Below are positions 59,690-64,000 of a DNA stretch of 64,000 nucleotides, one piece after another (position 1 is the stretch's first letter; each line of letters opens with the position of its first letter). The position numbers and the translations under genes were made by a program. Source of the DNA: Candidatus Multivorans sp. (GTDB lineage Bacteria > Acidobacteriota > Thermoanaerobaculia > Multivoradales > Multivoraceae); assembly GCA_965247095.1 (NCBI GenBank), contig OZ251997.1, forward strand, positions 3,744,001 to 3,808,000, in the 5' to 3' direction. The notes beneath the pieces were generated by a model. That model did no database searches and was not told where the DNA came from. It saw only the letters and a list, made by a program, of their open reading frames with translations.

Positions 59690-61956
59690 CTTTCGTCGCC
59701 TAGACGGAAGGAGGCCGCGGCGACCAGTTCCAGGGCTTCCGCGCCCTCGACGATCCGGTAGACCGCTCGGGGCGCGACGTCCCGGAAGCGCTGCTCGGCG
59801 CCCCCTCCGGCCCACCGCACCCGGATCTCCGCGATCCGGACAGCGTCGCCGAGGCCGACCTCGAGCTGCATGCTGTTGCCGCCGAAGGAACCGCCCGAAC
59901 CGACGAGCCGGTGGATGGTGCGCGGTTCGCCGCTTGGACCCTCGACCAGGAGAGCCACTCGCGAGCCGACGCCGAAACGGTTGGCGCCCCCTCCGGCCGC
60001 GCCGGCTCCGGCAAAGTGGAGAGTGACCCAGGCGTTGCCGTTGCCCGGATTCTCGAACAGGGCGTTGCCGAACGAGTCGCCGGGGTAGAAGCCGCCGAGC
60101 TGGTGGAGCAGATCCATGTCTCCGTCGCGGTCCAGGTCTCCGAACGCCACCCCGTGTCCCTTCTGGAGGTGACCGAAGCCGCCGGCGAAGGTGACCTCCT
60201 CGAAGCGCCGCCCGTTGTAGCGATACATCACGTTCGGCATCAGGCTCGCCAGGTCCGGCTCGCCGGTGCCGAGATAGAAGTCGAGCCAGCCGTCGTTGTC
60301 CAGATCGCCGTAGTTCGCTCCCATCGGCATGGCCGGCCGTCCGATCCCCAGCTCGCGTGACACCTCGGTCATGCGCAATCTGCCGCCGCAGCCGGGTTCG
60401 GGTCCGCAGTCGTTGCGGTAGAGCAGCGGCTGACCGGCGGCCCTTGCTGTGCCGGCGAAGGATGCCATGACCTCCGTGGCCTGGGATCGGTAGTCGCCGA
60501 CGTAGAGGTCGAGGTCGCCGTCGTGGTCGTAGTCGAAGAACCAGGAGGCGAAGCTCTCGCGCTCGGGCTCGGTGACGCCGACCCGTACGGCGACATCCAC
60601 GAAGGCGCCGTCGTCGTTGACGTAGAGCCGGTTCGAGCCGAAGTTGGAGACGTAGAGATCGAGGTCGCCGTCGTTGTCCACATCCCCCCAAGCGACGCCC
60701 TTGGCGTAGCGCAGGTTGGCTACGCCCGACGCTGCCGCAACGTCCTCAAAGGTGCCGTCGCCCCGGTTGCGGAACAGTTGCGAGGGGAAGTCGTGGGCTT
60801 CGGTCGCCTCGTTGCCGACGTAGAGGTCGAGATCGCCGTCGCCGTCGTAGTCGCCCCAGGCCGCGGTCTGGGTCGGGTAGGCGGGTTCGGCCAGACCGGC
60901 CTCCTCGGTGATGTCGACGAAGCGGCCCGGCTCGCCGTCGAGCTCGTTGCGCAGCAGCGAGTTGCGGATGCGGCCGTCGTCCAGCAGCCAGGCGCCGCGG
61001 AGCACGAGCAGGTCGAGGCGGCCGTCATCGTCGTAGTCGGCGTGGACCAGGTTGAGGCCGCCGACCTGGTCTTCCAGGCCCCAGGCTCTGCCTGTGTCCT
61101 CGAAGCCGCCTTGGCCATCGTTCCGGAACGCACGCACCGGTCCGCAAGGGTCCCAGCTCGACGTGACCAGGTCGAGCAGGCCGTCGCCGTCGAAGTCGTC
61201 GACCACCGCCCCGCCGGCGAGGTCGAGCACATCGACCCCGAGCTCCGGTCCCCGGTTCCGCCAGCGGCCACCCGCGAACGAGTCGGCGAAGACGCCTTCG
61301 TCGATCCGGAACTCGGCCGGCACGCCTTCCGGGAAGTCGCCGGACAACCTGCGCGCCAGGTTGAGGAGCCACCGGGCGCGGACCTGCCGGGGCGCTGGGC
61401 CCTCCCGCCGCAGAATGGCGAGAAACCCGTCGCCAGCGGCCCGGGCGTGTTCCGGGCGGGCGTGAACGGCGGACGCAGCCAGCGGCAGGATGCAACTGTC
61501 GGCCGACCGGGAGACCGTGTGAACGGGTTCGTCGGTAGGGGTGTGCTCCTCACCTGCTTCCTCCGCGCCGGTTTGGTGGATGCAGTTCAGATCCTCGGCC
61601 CGCTGCAGGTGTGCGAGCGCGAGATTCCACTCGGCCAGCGAGAGAGCTGCCGGATCGCCGGTCGGCGAAGCCGACAGCGTCAGGGCCGCCGCCGACAGGT
61701 GCTCGATCGCTTCGGCGGTGTTGCCGAGCCGTAGCAGCTCGCGGCCGAGGCGTACGCGGGTCGTGCCGGGGGTGCTTGCGCCGGCCGCTGCCAGTTCATC
61801 TCGGAGCACGTCCACGATGCCGGTCCCGAAGTAGGGATTCGAGCCGGCGTTCAGTTGCCGGCAGGACTCCGCGAAGTCGATCGCAACGGTGGGCGCGGCG
61901 ACGGCAGCGAAAGGCGCTGCTAGCATTGCGGTCGCTGCGAGCCCGCGGCCCAGCAT
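59686..61956 (-). CDS. CRTAC1-family FG-GAP/ASPIC-UnbV protein with helical N-terminus
   Basis: DFDGDGLLDL repeats, FGHLQKGHGVAFGD, GGSFGG, LEVGLG. Confidence 0.88.
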   Translation of the reverse strand: MLGRGLAATAMLAAPFAAVAAPTVAIDFAESCRQLNAGSNPYFGTGIVDVLRDELAAAGASTPGTTRVRLGRELLRLGNTAEAIEHLSAAALTLSASPTGDPAALSLAEWNLALAHLQRAEDLNCIHQTGAEEAGEEHTPTDEPVHTVSRSADSCILPLAASAVHARPEHARAAGDGFLAILRREGPAPRQVRARWLLNLARRLSGDFPEGVPAEFRIDEGVFADSFAGGRWRNRGPELGVDVLDLAGGAVVDDFDGDGLLDLVTSSWDPCGPVRAFRNDGQGGFEDTGRAWGLEDQVGGLNLVHADYDDDGRLDLLVLRGAWLLDDGRIRNSLLRNELDGEPGRFVDITEEAGLAEPAYPTQTAAWGDYDGDGDLDLYVGNEATEAHDFPSQLFRNRGDGTFEDVAAASGVANLRYAKGVAWGDVDNDGDLDLYVSNFGSNRLYVNDDGAFVDVAVRVGVTEPERESFASWFFDYDHDGDLDLYVGDYRSQATEVMASFAGTARAAGQPLLYRNDCGPEPGCGGRLRMTEVSRELGIGRPAMPMGANYGDLDNDGWLDFYLGTGEPDLASLMPNVMYRYNGRRFEEVTFAGGFGHLQKGHGVAFGDLDRDGDMDLLHQLGGFYPGDSFGNALFENPGNGNAWVTLHFAGAGAAGGGANRFGVGSRVALLVEGPSGEPRTIHRLVGSGGSFGGNSMQLEVGLGDAVRIAEIRVRWAGGGAEQRFRDVAPRAVYRIVEGAEALELVAAASFRLGDER

Positions 61957-62046
61957 GCGCCGCAGCCTACTACGGCGTACGCTGGATGCCGTCAGAGGAG
62001 CGCGCCGGCAGTGCTGGCGAATCCCCGGCCGAAGGTGGGCCGGTGG

Positions 62047-63897
62047 TCAGTCCGCAGGAGGCTTTGGGATCGCGGGTCCCGAGTCGCCGCCGTCGGTCCG
62101 GGTCGAGGACTCCGCCTCGCCCGGGTCGCCGACGGTGCCATCTTTACCGTCCGTCGCCGGTGGCGCCGGTGGCGCGGGCGGCAGCGGCGCGGCGGCGGCC
62201 GCGCCATGGTCGGAAGTGCCGAACCGGGTCATGAAGACGGCGCCGAGGCCGATCGTCCAGGCGACGTAGCAGATCAGGACCCCGGGGAAGCGGAACATGA
62301 CGCGGAAGAACCACGGCAGGCCCAGGAAGCCGAGCAGGTCGGCCACGAGTGCGAGCGCCTGGATCGTGAGGACGCCGAGCGCCAGAGCGCCGAAGCTGCC
62401 GGCCGCTACCCGGCCCGCGCCCTGGAAGCGACGGCGGCACCAGTCGCCGGCCGCCGCCGCCGACCCCGCGTAGCCGAACACGAAGGCGGCCGTCAGACCG
62501 ATCAACGCGGCGGGCCAGAGGAGGATGGCGAAGGGAATGCCGATGACCGTCACAGCGAGCAGCAAGCTGACGATGATCAGGACGGGGATGAAGAAGAACT
62601 CCACGCCCAGGCCGACCGCGAACATGATCAACAGGTCGGACGACGCGGCCGACCGCACCCGGCCGACTCCCTTCGGCGCCACCAGGAGGACCAGGCCGCT
62701 GAGCGCAATCAGCAGAACGGTGAAGATGATCGACTGGACGAACTCGAAGACCTTGCCAAGACGGAAGAAGGGGGGGCGGTCGCCGACACTTGGGAACCAG
62801 TCGCCGTCCCAACCGTCGAACCAGTCGCCACCCCAGTTCCAGTCGAAGTCGCCCCAATCGACTTCGGATACCTCGCCGAGCACGGACGACCCGTCTTCGC
62901 GCCGCACCCTGCCGCCGACTGTGACGATGTCGCCGAACACCTCCGCTTCGGGGCCGAGTTCCACGTCGCCGCCGATCGCGACCACTTCGCCGGTCACGCG
63001 GCCGTTGATCTTCGCCGTGCCGCCGATCGATATCGCGTCGCCGCGAACCTGACCGTCGACCTTGACGTCGCCGCCGATCGAAACGATGTCGTAGGCCACC
63101 TCGCCGCGGCCGATCCGCACCGTGCTGCCGAACGCGACCTTGTTGTCGATGTCGACGAGTTCTTCCTCGATCCCGTTCAGGTCGCGTTCGAGATCCTCCA
63201 ACTGCTCGATGACCCCCTCGATGGCGCCCTGGGCCTGTTCGCCAGCTTCCTCGAGCGCTTCGTCGAGGGTTTCTCGCGCTTCTTCCAGGGCCGCGCTCGC
63301 TTCCTCCTGGGCCTCCTGGGCGTCTTGGGGCTGGCCGAACGCCAAGCCGGTGCAGCACAATCCGCCGACCAGCAGCAGGGCGCCGGCTCGCGCTCCGCGG
63401 ACCCGCTGCCGGCCGCCCGGTCCCGAAGAGAGCCGGTGGAGAAGGTAGACCGCGGTCAGGCTGACCAGTGTCGCGACGGCCACCACCGCGGTGACCTGGG
63501 GAGTGCGCAGAATCAGGTCGAGAGCCTCACCGACCCGTACCGCTCCGTTCAGGAACGCGAGGCTCTCGGCGAGGACGCCGGCGGTCCAGGTCAGGATCCA
63601 GACCGCGCTGAAGAGCGCTGCTTCCAGGGCGCTCAGCATGGCCAGCCAGGTGGACGGGACAAGCAGCGTCCCGCCGCCGAGCAGGAGCATCGCCGCCGCG
63701 GCCATTGCGCCGGCTGACACGCGTGCCCACCGGGGCATCGGGAACGGCAAGAGCTGCGGCGCTGGCGCCGGCGCTTCGATCGGCCGGTTCGCGGCTGCCA
63801 CCTGCCGCATGACGCGGCCGACGAACCCGTCCGACGGGGCGGGATCCTCGAGCGATTGGAAGAGAGTCCGGAAGTCGATTCGGTTCCGCATGTTCAT
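62047..63897 (-). CDS. Membrane protein with bactofilin-like beta-helix repeats and anti-sigma-like N-terminus
   Basis: APSDGFVGRVM, TM helices, repeats VSIGGDV/ISIGGTA/VAIGGDV/VTVGG, multi-TM C-terminus. Confidence 0.75.
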   Translation of the reverse strand: MNMRNRIDFRTLFQSLEDPAPSDGFVGRVMRQVAAANRPIEAPAPAPQLLPFPMPRWARVSAGAMAAAAMLLLGGGTLLVPSTWLAMLSALEAALFSAVWILTWTAGVLAESLAFLNGAVRVGEALDLILRTPQVTAVVAVATLVSLTAVYLLHRLSSGPGGRQRVRGARAGALLLVGGLCCTGLAFGQPQDAQEAQEEASAALEEARETLDEALEEAGEQAQGAIEGVIEQLEDLERDLNGIEEELVDIDNKVAFGSTVRIGRGEVAYDIVSIGGDVKVDGQVRGDAISIGGTAKINGRVTGEVVAIGGDVELGPEAEVFGDIVTVGGRVRREDGSSVLGEVSEVDWGDFDWNWGGDWFDGWDGDWFPSVGDRPPFFRLGKVFEFVQSIIFTVLLIALSGLVLLVAPKGVGRVRSAASSDLLIMFAVGLGVEFFFIPVLIIVSLLLAVTVIGIPFAILLWPAALIGLTAAFVFGYAGSAAAAGDWCRRRFQGAGRVAAGSFGALALGVLTIQALALVADLLGFLGLPWFFRVMFRFPGVLICYVAWTIGLGAVFMTRFGTSDHGAAAAAPLPPAPPAPPATDGKDGTVGDPGEAESSTRTDGGDSGPAIPKPPAD

Positions 63898-64000
63898 CCC
63901 TCGCGACGGGTGCGATTGTACGACGGCGACACCATGCCTTTCGCCCTACGATGCGAAGATCGCCGCGGTTTCAAACCACGCCCTCCGCGCGCAGGCGCTG

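Noticed and set aside
57905-60691. 928-aa ORF as listed in the track
   Set aside because: The first third overlaps the upstream CRTAC1 gene out of frame; the real start is ATG 59689.

Overview
GC-rich bacterial chromosome segment, most likely Acidobacteriota (Thermoanaerobaculia-like; inferred from 16S 3'-end signatures and gene content such as GWxTD/VWA and CRTAC1-type proteins and a split atp operon, not from a database search). Mostly core genome: xerC-trmFO, an inverted topA, dprA, a TPR/Omp85-type operon, purSQLFMN, a complete rrn operon (16S-tRNAIle-tRNAAla-23S-5S), atpZ/I/B/E, an ECF sigma factor, an M23 peptidase, a liv-type ABC transporter with an acyl-CoA ligase, and CRTAC1/TPR genes. 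Decayed parts are a sodium:solute symporter pseudogene and a heavily deleted two-methyltransferase type I R-M locus that keeps an intact RelE-type toxin-antitoxin pair. The best novelty candidate is a three-gene minus-strand cassette (34444-37578). It encodes a small secreted precursor with two copies of A-R-[VA]-H-I-V-[VI]-[VF]-G, a cytoplasmic all-TPR protein, and a large secreted protein with two more copies of the same motif, which resembles an undescribed peptide-signalling (RRNPP/Rap-Phr-like) system. Also notable: a variant 16S helix 14 that mismatches EUB338/341F, CTAG-bounded repeat elements (one appears to supply the purF promoter), a 36-bp inverted-repeat element, and several apparently leaderless genes.
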